DNA of 64,000 nucleotides from Bdellovibrionales bacterium (GTDB taxonomy: Bacteria; Bdellovibrionota; Bdellovibrionia; Bdellovibrionales; UBA1609): NCBI GenBank assembly GCA_965205365.1, contig CBDBGT010000010.1, forward strand, positions 328,048 to 392,047, read 5' to 3'. Positions 1 through 7,880 of this stretch are shown here, piece after piece (position 1 is the first letter of the stretch; each line of letters opens with the position of its first letter). The position numbers and the translations under genes are program-made. The notes beneath the pieces are model-generated. The model had not been told where the DNA came from, did no database searches, and saw only the letters and a program-made list of their open reading frames with translations.

Positions 1-971
1 AATTTAATTGGGTTAAAGTCTCCTCTAGAAATTCTTTTAGTAGCATAGCCTAAAGCAAAAAGAGATTTTGAAAGAGATTGTGCTAAATATAAACTAAACC
101 AACCACCAAAAGCTAAAATCACTAAAGTCATTGTAGCTAGAATAAAAAGGTATATTGTTTTTAAAGGGAATTTAAACTCTTTTGTGGACTGAAAGTCTGT
201 GCGAGCAACAGCAATGGCCTCCATGGTATCAATTAATGTAAATGGCAAAATTTTAGAAACCACTAATATAAGTTCTTGCTCCCTGTCTACAGTTATAGAA
301 CTTAACCATTCACCCTGCTCAGTTTTTCTAGATATGCTTTTAATTTTATTTGCTCTTATTAACTTTTTAACCTTTTCCCATGGAAGGGCTGGGAGGTAAA
401 ACCCTTGTCTTTCTGTATATATCTCTTCTATACGATTCTCACTTTTAGAAAGATAAACCTCTAAAGCATCCACTCCATAAATATTCATTTTAATAGATAA
501 AAACTTTGAAACATCCTTAATTTTTTTTAAATCAAGATCCTTAGCAATGCTTTTTGCTATATAAAAAGAATGGTTTCTCATTTCAGAAACATACTGATCA
601 GCTAGATCAAAAGATTTTTTAATAGTCTCCTCTGTTCTATTTGCAAACCATCTATCAAAACTGTTATTGATGTAAAAAACAGAAACCACAAACATTAAAC
701 ATGTGGGAATAAAGGCAAAACTGATAAAAGCTAGAAACAATCTTGTTTTTAATGTTTTTCCAATCATTCTAGGTTTTGAATTTGCATAAATTTTAACAAG
801 GTTTTTTCCTAAAAAGAAAACAATAGCCAAAAAAACCAAAACATTAAGATTAATAAGGCCAAAGAAAAATAATGCATAAGAGACAGGAAGGTCTCCGCTT
901 ACGCTATAAAACCTAAACAGCACCCAGTTTAAAACAATAAAGAAAAGACTTAATGGAATTAGGGCCCACAT
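1..971 (-). CDS. sensor histidine kinase, N-terminal part (NtrY-like membrane region and start of HAMP linker); rest lies beyond the window edge
   Basis: My own minus-strand translation from the ATG at 971-969 gives MWALIPLSLFFIVLNWVLFRFYS... It has several hydrophobic helices, a ~200-aa loop, a second TM (LFILATMTLVILAFGGWFSLYLA), then SLSKSLFALGYATKRISRGDFNPIK (HAMP-like). The frame is open to position 1 and is absent from the ORF track because it has no stop. Confidence 0.5.
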   Translation of the reverse strand, partial: MWALIPLSLFFIVLNWVLFRFYSVSGDLPVSYALFFFGLINLNVLVFLAIVFFLGKNLVKIYANSKPRMIGKTLKTRLFLAFISFAFIPTCLMFVVSVFYINNSFDRWFANRTEETIKKSFDLADQYVSEMRNHSFYIAKSIAKDLDLKKIKDVSKFLSIKMNIYGVDALEVYLSKSENRIEEIYTERQGFYLPALPWEKVKKLIRANKIKSISRKTEQGEWLSSITVDREQELILVVSKILPFTLIDTMEAIAVARTDFQSTKEFKFPLKTIYLFILATMTLVILAFGGWFSLYLAQSLSKSLFALGYATKRISRGDFNPIK

Positions 972-1009
972 TTCAAGCCTGTTGTGTTTGACTTCCCCAT
1001 GGATATCTT

Positions 1010-1429
1010 TCATTTTAACGCTTCTAAAGTGTCTAAAAACCCTAAAGCAACCTGACTGCCTTTGTTTCCTTTTTTACCCCAAATGCGATCAAAAAGTTGT
1101 TTGTGATTATGGGCCATTAAAACTCCAAACTGAACAGGCTTTAATGTTTCTAGCCCAACTTGTAAACAACCATCTGCTACTCCAGTGCAAACATAATCAT
1201 AATGATCCGTTTCCCCACGAATAACAACTCCATAGCAAAGAACTCCATGAACCTTGTGATTTAAAATTAAATTTTTAGCCACTATGGGAAGCTCAAATGC
1301 TCCAGGTACAGATTTTAAAATTATATCTTCTCTGGATACACCCCTACTCAAAAGAGCTGTAATACCTCCGTCTCTTAATGCTTTTGTATATCTAGAGTTA
1401 AACTCTGCTGTAACTATACCAATTTTCAT
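1010..1429 (-). CDS. ribH: 6,7-dimethyl-8-ribityllumazine synthase
   Basis: 139 aa starting MKIGIVTAEFNSRYT, with VPGAFELP and GETDHYDYV, which are typical lumazine synthase motifs. It is last in the rib operon. Confidence 0.9.
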   Translation of the reverse strand: MKIGIVTAEFNSRYTKALRDGGITALLSRGVSREDIILKSVPGAFELPIVAKNLILNHKVHGVLCYGVVIRGETDHYDYVCTGVADGCLQVGLETLKPVQFGVLMAHNHKQLFDRIWGKKGNKGSQVALGFLDTLEALK

Positions 1430-1431
1430 AT

Positions 1432-2505
1432 TTATTTGTCTCGACCTAAAAGGTGGTTAAAAGAAATTATCTCTTTAACTTCCACTCCAAAAGCTGTTAA
1501 ACCTGCTAAGTTTTTTTTAGAGTTTGTAACTAAAGCTAAATTTTGAGCTCCAAGTTTTTTAAGAATTTGGGCACCAACACCAAATTCTTTAAAGTCTCTT
1601 TTAACTTCAGGATTAGCAAAAAAAATTGCATTCCTTAAAATCAATAAAACACCTCTTCCTTTCTTTTTAGCAAACTTTAAAAAACTATTAAGAGCATCTT
1701 TATTCCCTGTTTTTAATAAATCTTCAGGACCTCTATCCACATGAACTCGAACAGGAACTCTATCTAACACATTCCACTCACCAAAAACTATTGCATAATG
1801 TATCTGTTTGTTCACCAGGTCCTTAAAATAATGAACTTTTAAACCCTTAACCTCGTGAGAATTAAATTCTTCTGAATAAAGCTCTTCAATATAGCTTTCA
1901 TTATTAAGTCTATACTCTGTTAAAGCCTCAATGGATCCAATTTTTAAATTGTGTTTTTTAGCAAATTCAATGAGCTCTAAATAACGAGCCATGGTTCCAT
2001 CATCATTCATCACTTCACAAATTACAGCGCTTTCTTTAAGCCCTGCAAGTTTCATTAAATCAACACTTCCCTCAGTATGCCCGGATCTTTGTAAAACCCC
2101 CCCTGGTTTTGCTTTAATTGGAAAAACATGGCCTGGAGTGGTGATAGACTCTGGAGTTGAAGCTAAATCTGAAGCCACTCGTATTGTAAGTGCTCTATCT
2201 GATGCTGAAATCCCTGTTGAAATCCCCTCTCTTGCTTCAATACTTATTGTAAATGCTGTTTTATTTGGTGAGTGATTTTGACTCTCACCCACCATCAATG
2301 AAAGCCCAAGCCTATCGCTTTGTTCTGGAGACATGGCTAGACAAACTAAGCCCCGAGCTTCTTTTATCATAAAGTTAATATGTTTTGTTGTTGCATACTC
2401 ACCTGCTAAAACAAGATCACCCTCATTTTCACGATTTTCATCGTCAACTAATAAAACCATTTTTCCGGCCTTAAGGTCTTCTACTAACTCCTCTACAGTA
2501 TGCAA
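1432..2505 (-). CDS. ribB: 3,4-dihydroxy-2-butanone-4-phosphate synthase fused to a cysteine-less GTP cyclohydrolase II-like domain (RibBA architecture)
   Basis: The N-terminal half has DHBPS motifs VDDENRENEGDLV and GHTEGSVDL. The C-terminal ~150 aa aligns in position with GCH-II (VPVRVHV...) but contains no cysteine. Confidence 0.85.
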   Translation of the reverse strand: MHTVEELVEDLKAGKMVLLVDDENRENEGDLVLAGEYATTKHINFMIKEARGLVCLAMSPEQSDRLGLSLMVGESQNHSPNKTAFTISIEAREGISTGISASDRALTIRVASDLASTPESITTPGHVFPIKAKPGGVLQRSGHTEGSVDLMKLAGLKESAVICEVMNDDGTMARYLELIEFAKKHNLKIGSIEALTEYRLNNESYIEELYSEEFNSHEVKGLKVHYFKDLVNKQIHYAIVFGEWNVLDRVPVRVHVDRGPEDLLKTGNKDALNSFLKFAKKKGRGVLLILRNAIFFANPEVKRDFKEFGVGAQILKKLGAQNLALVTNSKKNLAGLTAFGVEVKEIISFNHLLGRDK

Positions 2506-2517
2506 TTTAAAAACTCC

Positions 2518-3117
2518 TTATTTATTAAAAGCGTGAATAACACCTTTTGCATAAAAGTCATACTCAATATTTACCTTATCACCTTTTAAAAGCCGAGAAA
2601 GGTTTGTTTTCTTTAAAGTTTCTGGAATCAAGCAGACTAAAAACCCTCCTTGAAAAATATCATTAATAGTAAGACTCACGCCATTAATTACTATACAGCC
2701 CTTGGACCACAAAAATTCTGGCTTAGTAACCTTAAAAAATGAAACCACGGTGGATCCATCTTCAATGACCTGAACAGCTTTAACCTCACAAACTTCATCT
2801 ATATGCCCAGTGACTAAATGACCATGAAGACGGTCTCCCATAATTAAAGAACGCTCTAAGTTCAACACATCTCCACTCTTAATATCTAAAAACGTTGTGA
2901 CTTTTAAAGTTTCAAGGCCTAAATCATAGGTCAACTGGCTTAAATCTTTAGGAGACTCGTCTGTTACAGTAAGGCAAACACCGTTATGGGCAATGGAGTG
3001 ACCTGTCTTTAAATCATTAAAGATACTTGGCTTTTCAACAGTAATCTTAAATTTTCCTGATCCCTGGTGATGAACCTCTAAAACCTTTGCCGTTGCTTCT
3101 ACTAAGCCTGTAAACAT
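2518..3117 (-). CDS. ribE: riboflavin synthase alpha chain
   Basis: 199 aa starting MFTGLVEATAKV, with the internal duplication NGVCLTV / NGVSLTI typical of riboflavin synthase. Confidence 0.9.
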   Translation of the reverse strand: MFTGLVEATAKVLEVHHQGSGKFKITVEKPSIFNDLKTGHSIAHNGVCLTVTDESPKDLSQLTYDLGLETLKVTTFLDIKSGDVLNLERSLIMGDRLHGHLVTGHIDEVCEVKAVQVIEDGSTVVSFFKVTKPEFLWSKGCIVINGVSLTINDIFQGGFLVCLIPETLKKTNLSRLLKGDKVNIEYDFYAKGVIHAFNK

Positions 3118-3123
3118 TTTTAC

Positions 3124-3252
3124 CTATTTGAAAAGAAACCATGATGTTTTATACGTAGAATCAAGTACACTCCTTTGATTTCCACTTACACCAAAAGCTA
3201 GCGTAGACATTAAAAGTATAAACACTAAAATATATTCGTACCCTGGAAACAT
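3124..3252 (-). CDS. hypothetical 42-aa membrane peptide immediately upstream of ribE
   Basis: My own translation gives MFPGYEYILVFILLMSTLAFGVSGNQRSVLDSTYKTSWFLFK. AAGAGG lies ~9 nt upstream and the stop is 6 nt before the ribE ATG. It is too short for the ORF track. Confidence 0.25.
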   Translation of the reverse strand: MFPGYEYILVFILLMSTLAFGVSGNQRSVLDSTYKTSWFLFK

Positions 3253-3540
3253 AAGCCTTTACCTCTTTATTTTTTTGCACCCTAGCTAAGGCTGCGCCCT
3301 AAAACAAGGCAGAATAATGCCTTTATATGGCTTTTTATGCGATGCATCTTTTAAAGATACAAGGTTTTTTTAGCAATATACTTAAACAGTCTTTTAATTT
3401 GCTCTAAGTCAATTTTTAGTTCTCTTCTAAGGCTAAAAGCTTAATCTACTTCAGCTCAAGGCACCTAGGTGAAAAGCCTAAGGTTCTTCATAAAAAAAAA
3501 GCTTTAAGCTTGTCTTAATAAGTGGACTTAAGAGTAAGAA

Positions 3541-3754
3541 ATTTAGTTTTTATTAATGTTTTATAAGACTGTTTTAAAAAGAGAATAAACTTAAAATTGT
3601 CTTCATCTAAGACAAAGAGCAACAGAGTGCAACACTTTAAAAACCTGAAACCTTTGTTATTTTGAGTTGAGAAATTTTTAAGACTTTTGTCCTAAAGTTA
3701 ACTAAGTTTTAATCGATATGTGAATTAGAACCAAAAAAAACAAAGGAGAATAAA
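3541..3754 (+). promoter_or_regulatory. conserved upstream cassette U1 of the lipoprotein family (putative promoter and 5' leader)
   Basis: Near-identical ~215-bp block is also found at 6384-6599, 7728-7880+9364-9434, 16609-16818 and 17979-18193. It contains the palindrome TTGTCTT-catct-AAGACAA (3597-3615), direct repeats GCAACA-N4-GCAACA, AAACCT-G-AAACCT and TTGAG-TTGAG, and the RBS GGAGAATAAAATG. Confidence 0.6.
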
Positions 3755-4380
3755 ATGAATATGAAATCAAAATCTATATTACCAGTATGTTTATTATTTA
3801 GTTTTACAGCTTGTCAGAATGTTGAACACTCCTTTGAAGAAAAACGTACATCAACAAGTGAGTTAGATCGATCAGACCCTCAAGGGGGGGGGGGGAGGCA
3901 GATAGCCTCTTAGATAACCTTACAGGTCAATCAGTTGACCTTCCAAATGATGGTTGGTACGAAGCTGCCTGTATAAGACTGCCTAACGAATATATTCATA
4001 ACAACATTAGATACAACAGTGTAAAACATTTTTTTAACATGAATACTGACTATTTATACCCCGATAACAATTATATTTTTCATACTGGGCGTTTCACAAC
4101 ATCAAATGATTGCACTGGGGACTATAGTTACTCTGAGTCGTATAGAAATACCAGATACCGTAACGTCAATAGAGATTTTGGTAACAATACCTCTTATGTG
4201 ATATATGGTGATAATACTGACGCCCTGGCATTTCATATTGATGATGAGGGTGCCCTTTATATAAATCATCCTATAAAAATATTCACCCCCACTTCTTTAA
4301 ATACTAATTCCATTGTAGAAGATGTTTTTGCTGATTTTATCAATGATCCAACAAGTGGGGTTAAATATACGCGCCTTTAA
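3755..4380 (+). CDS. phase-variable lipoprotein family, copy A; OFF as sequenced (frameshift at the G12-A-GG tract)
   Basis: ATG at 3755; MNMKSKSILPVCLLFSFTAC lipobox. The upstream frame stops shortly after the tract (..QGGGGRQIAS*). The +1 frame is open from 3898 (ADSLLDNLTGQSVDLPNDGWYE...) through track ORF 4039-4380, which ends with the family motif VEDVFADFINDPTSGVKY. Confidence 0.75.
3884..3895 (+). repeat. poly-G tract G12 (followed by A GG), copy A
   Basis: Counted directly from the sequence. There are 15 nt between CAA (Gln) and CAGATAG. The family is in frame only when this length is 1 mod 3. Confidence 0.9.
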
Positions 4381-4487
4381 AGCTATCTTTTCGGTTTTAA
4401 ACTAGTTTGCCGCAATTTATAATACAACAACTTAAAAAAAAATTTATTAAATCAGTTAGAACTAAAAACAAGAAGAAGGAGAATAAA

Positions 4488-5189
4488 ATGAATATAAAAT
4501 CAAAATCTATATTACCAATATGTTTATTATTTAGTTTTACAGCTTGTCAGAATGTTGAACACCCTCTTGAAGAAAAACGTACATCAACAAGTGAGTTAGA
4601 TCAATCAGACACTTTATTAGATGATTCAAATGACTCAGAAAGATCAAACCCTCAAGGCAAAGGCAACCAAGATGACCTTACCAGTGAGTCAATTCTTAGC
4701 CTTCCAAGTGGTTACTATAAAACAGACTGTATAATAATAGGCACAGCCCATAGTATGAAAATTTCTTTAGAAATTAGGACAACAAGCTTTCCAGACAATA
4801 TAGATCGAACATACACTTTTTATACAGGAACTTCATGTAATACTGCTCTACACACTGCATTTATTACACTACTTCCTATCGATGATAAGCCAAACCTTGG
4901 CAATAATACCTCTTATTTTACTTCCATTCCCCCTTCTTACGTTACTGTACCTCAAATTCAAGCCTATCCATTTCATATTGATGATGATGGCGCCCTTTAT
5001 ATAGGTTATAATTCATCCCGCCCATCTCTTCTTGATCCTATTCTTGAATATTTCGGCAGAGATTTGGGAGATAGCACTGGTTATGGTGGCGGTGGTTTCA
5101 TTTTAAACTCTAGCTCTATTGTAGAAGATGTTTTTGCTGATTTTATCAATAACCCAACAAGTGGATTTAAATATATACCTATACTTTAA
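4488..5189 (+). CDS. lipoprotein family copy B, no tract, continuously in frame
   Basis: Internal Met28 of track ORF 4407-5189 follows GGAGAATAAAATG, giving MNIKSKSILPICLLFSFTAC. It reads ...SNPQGKGNQDDL where the paralogs have poly-G. Family motifs LGNNTSY, FHIDDDGALYI and VEDVFADFINNPTSGFKY are present. Confidence 0.8.
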   Translation: MNIKSKSILPICLLFSFTACQNVEHPLEEKRTSTSELDQSDTLLDDSNDSERSNPQGKGNQDDLTSESILSLPSGYYKTDCIIIGTAHSMKISLEIRTTSFPDNIDRTYTFYTGTSCNTALHTAFITLLPIDDKPNLGNNTSYFTSIPPSYVTVPQIQAYPFHIDDDGALYIGYNSSRPSLLDPILEYFGRDLGDSTGYGGGGFILNSSSIVEDVFADFINNPTSGFKYIPIL

Positions 5190-5235
5190 GTTTTCATTGA
5201 TATGTAAATTAGAACCAAAAAAAAAGGAGAATAAA

Positions 5236-6097
5236 ATGAAATCAAAATCTATACTACCAATATGTTTATTATTTAGTTTTACAGCTTGTCAGAATGTTGA
5301 ACACTCTTCTCAAGGGAAACGTACATTAACAAGTTTAGATAAGTCAGACACTTTATTAGGTGATTCAAGTGGATCAGACAGATCAAACCCTCAAGGGGGG
5401 GGGGGGGGGGGCAGATAGTCTCCTAGGTGACTCCTCAAATACATTAAACCCTCAAAGCCAAGACAGCTTAGATCAATCAACTCTTAGCCTTCCAAGTGGT
5501 TACTATAGAACTCGCTGTATAATAGTAAGCGCAACCCATAGTATGAAAAGTTTTTTAGAAATTAGGACCATAAGATATCCGGATAGTATAGAATTCAATT
5601 ACACTTTTTATGAGGGAACTTCATGTGATACTCCTAGACATGTGTTCATGTTTCCAAGAGTTATTACCGATAATAAGCCAAACTTTGGCAATAACACCTC
5701 CTATTTTACTATTCCACGTTATTCTTCCGATTATGATAATAGAAACTATCTTGGTAATAATCACGCTGAGGGCGCTTTCCCATTTCATATTGATGACAAT
5801 GGTACCCTTTATATAGGTCATACTTCATACGACCCATCTAGTATGTCTCGTGTAGATCGTGATGGAATATATTATGTGCGCTTAGATTTTGGATCTGGTG
5901 GCACCAGCCATGGTGGTTTCATTTTAGGCTCTAACTCTATTGTAGAAGATGTTTTTTCTGATTTTATCAATGACCCAACAAGTGGATTTAAATATATACC
6001 TGTACCTTCAGAACTCACAGTTAATGCACATTTACTAACTGATCCATTTTTAAATGACCCTCACGGTGACCGTAACCCACAATGGCGAATAAGGTAA
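5236..6097 (+). CDS. phase-variable lipoprotein family, copy C; OFF (G17)
   Basis: ATG at 5236 (MKSKSILPICLLFSFTAC). The upstream frame ends ..SNPQGGGGGGR* (track ORF 5128-5418). The downstream body is track ORF 5360-6097, which is in another frame and starts GGGGADSLLGDSS. Confidence 0.75.
5395..5411 (+). repeat. poly-G tract G17, copy C
   Basis: Counted directly and consistent with the track translation (5 GGG + GGC). G16 or G19 is needed for ON. Confidence 0.9.
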
Positions 6098-6124
6098 AAC
6101 ATCACAATTAAAATTGATAAAAAT

Positions 6125-6156
6125 AAGCCCTTTACCTTAAAGGGCTTATTTCTTTT
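6125..6156 (+). terminator. rho-independent terminator after copy C
   Basis: AAGCCCTTT-acctt-AAAGGGCTT perfect 9-bp stem followed by a T-rich run (ATTTCTTTT). The same hairpin recurs after copies D, E and F. Confidence 0.7.
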
Positions 6157-6383
6157 AAACTCGTTTGCTGCAATTTATAATACAACAACTTAAAAAAAAA
6201 TTTATCAAACCAGTAATATAAAACTAGTTTTTTAATTTTTAGATTAGAAAAAGGTCTTAATAAATTATTGCAATAGCTTCTTATAAAAAAAGTTACCTCT
6301 CTAAGTCTCTTTTTTTACTTTTAAGGTCTATTCATAAAAATTCATACAAAACCAACATCAAAAAGAGCGCGTTAAAAATAATA

Positions 6384-6599
6384 AATTTAGTTTTTTTTAA
6401 TGTTTTATAAAGCTGTTTTAAAAAGAGAATAAACTTAAAATTGTCTTCATCTAAGACAAAGAGCAACAGAGTGCAACACTTTAAAAACCTGAAACCTTTG
6501 TTATTTTGAGTTGAGAAATTTTTAAGACTTTTGTCCTAAAGTTAACTAAGTTTTAATCGATATGTAAGTTGTAACCAAAAAAAAACAAAGGAGAATAAA
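6384..6599 (+). promoter_or_regulatory. upstream cassette U2 (copy D)
   Basis: Near-identical to U1, U4 and U5. Confidence 0.6.
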
Positions 6600-7378
6600 A
6601 TGAATATGAAATCAAAATCTATATTACCAGTATGTTTATTATTTAGTTTTACAGCTTGTCAGAATGTTGAACACTCTTCTCAAGGGAAACGTACATTAAC
6701 AAGTTTAGATAAGTCAGACACTTTATTAGGTGATTCAAGTGGATCAGACAGATCAAACCCTCAAGGGGGGGGGGGGGGGGGGGGGGGGCAGATAGTCTCC
6801 TAGGTGACTCCTCAAATATATCAAATGGATCAAACTCTCAAGGCGGAGATAACCAAGATGACCTTACAAGTCAATCAGTTGACCTTCCAAATGGTTGGTA
6901 CGAAACTGCCTGTATAAGGCTTTCTGATAACTACCAGAATAGCAAAAGTGTAAAGTATGTTCTTTCCATAAATACTGATTACCAGTCCTTATCTCTCCGG
7001 CCTACCAATAGCCCCTTTTTAGCTCGTAAAGCTTGGTTTTTCTTAGAATCTGATTGCACTGGACAATATAGTGTTCGAGCATATACATCTTCTGGATACC
7101 ATAACGTCAATACAGATTTTGGCAATAATACCTCCTATGTTACATATGGTGGTAATACTGACTCCTTGTTGGCATTTCATATTGATAACGATGGCGCTCT
7201 TTATATAAATCAGTCTATAGATCTCGGTATGGATCCTACTTCTTTAAATAATAATTCCACTGTAGAAGATCTTTTTTCTGATTTTATCAATGATCCAACA
7301 ATTGGAATTAGATATACACGCACATCTTCAAAGCTGATTTTCAGCACTAGCCGCAATGAGTGGTTTTGGCCAAATTAA
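6600..7378 (+). CDS. phase-variable lipoprotein family, copy D; OFF (G24)
   Basis: Track ORF 6600-6803 ends ..SNPQGGGGGGGGQIVS*. The frame beginning GCA at 6788 (ADSLLGDSSNISNGSNSQGGDNQDDL...) is open through track ORF 7166-7378, as I verified by translation. Confidence 0.75.
6765..6788 (+). repeat. poly-G tract G24, copy D
   Basis: Counted directly (8 Gly codons in the track ORF). G25 or G22 is needed for ON. Confidence 0.9.
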
Positions 7379-7407
7379 ATTATTTATAGATCCTGTTTAA
7401 AAAAAGT

Positions 7408-7436
7408 AAGCCCTTTACCTTAAAGAGCTTACTTTT
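7408..7436 (+). terminator. rho-independent terminator after copy D
   Basis: AAGCCCTTT-acctt-AAAGAGCTT (one mismatch) followed by ACTTTT. Confidence 0.55.
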
Positions 7437-7473
7437 ATCAATTTAAATTGTGATATTTTAAAAAAGCTTTATT

Positions 7474-7501
7474 AAACCAGTTAAGATAAACTGGTTTTTT
7501 T
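7474..7501 (+). terminator. second hairpin terminator in the inter-unit spacer
   Basis: AAACCAGTT-aagataa-AACTGGTTT followed by T7. The same element is at 17691-17719. Confidence 0.5.
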
Positions 7502-7727
7502 AAATTTTTAAAACTCTAGGCTCCTGCAAAGGTTTCTTTAAAAAAATTACCCCTAAATCCACTAAAACCTCTTAAGTCACACCACAGAAGTTTATTATTC
7601 ACAGTCATGGTGTTCTAATTGTATATTGCTAAAATAACTGAGTTAAAAAAAGGAGTTAAAAGATCCTAAGGTCTTTTTATAAAAATTTATATAAAACCAA
7701 CATCAAAAAGAGCGCGTTAAAAATAAT

Positions 7728-7880
7728 AAATTTAGTTTTTTTAATGTTTTATAAGACTGTTTTAAAAAGAGAATAAACTTAAAATTGTCTTCATCTAAGA
7801 CAAAGAGCAACAGAGTGCAACACTTTAAAAACCTGAAACCTTTGTTATTTTGAGTTGAGAAATTTTTAAGACTTTTGTCC
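7728..7880 (+). promoter_or_regulatory. upstream cassette U3, 5' part (separated from copy E by the ISL3 insertion)
   Basis: Identical to U2/U4 up to ...AGACTTTTGTCC, where the IS inverted repeat begins. The remainder of the cassette resumes at 9364. Confidence 0.6.

Noticed and set aside
199-1224. Track ORFs 199-399(+) and 982-1224(+). The same applies to antisense ORFs inside ribB, purT, the Ig genes, the sulfatase, ftsI, dacB and the transposases (for example 1991-2275, 21202-21461, 23641-23847, 8558-8779).
   Set aside because: They overlap much longer, family-recognisable ORFs on the opposite strand or in another frame. They have no RBS and no recognisable motifs.
3253-3540. Possible FMN (RFN) riboswitch upstream of the rib operon.
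   Set aside because: Reading the minus strand, I could not find the conserved RFN core segments (for example GGGGCAGGGTGAAATTCCC or CCGACGGT-type elements), so I make no riboswitch call.
4407-4487. 27-codon N-terminal extension of copy B (MPQFIIQQLKKKF...), and similar extensions of track ORFs 5128-5418 and 5360-6097.
   Set aside because: The conserved RBS-ATG-signal peptide cassette starts later. The extensions are an AT-rich intergenic read-through and, for 5360-6097, an alternative-frame read through the signal region.
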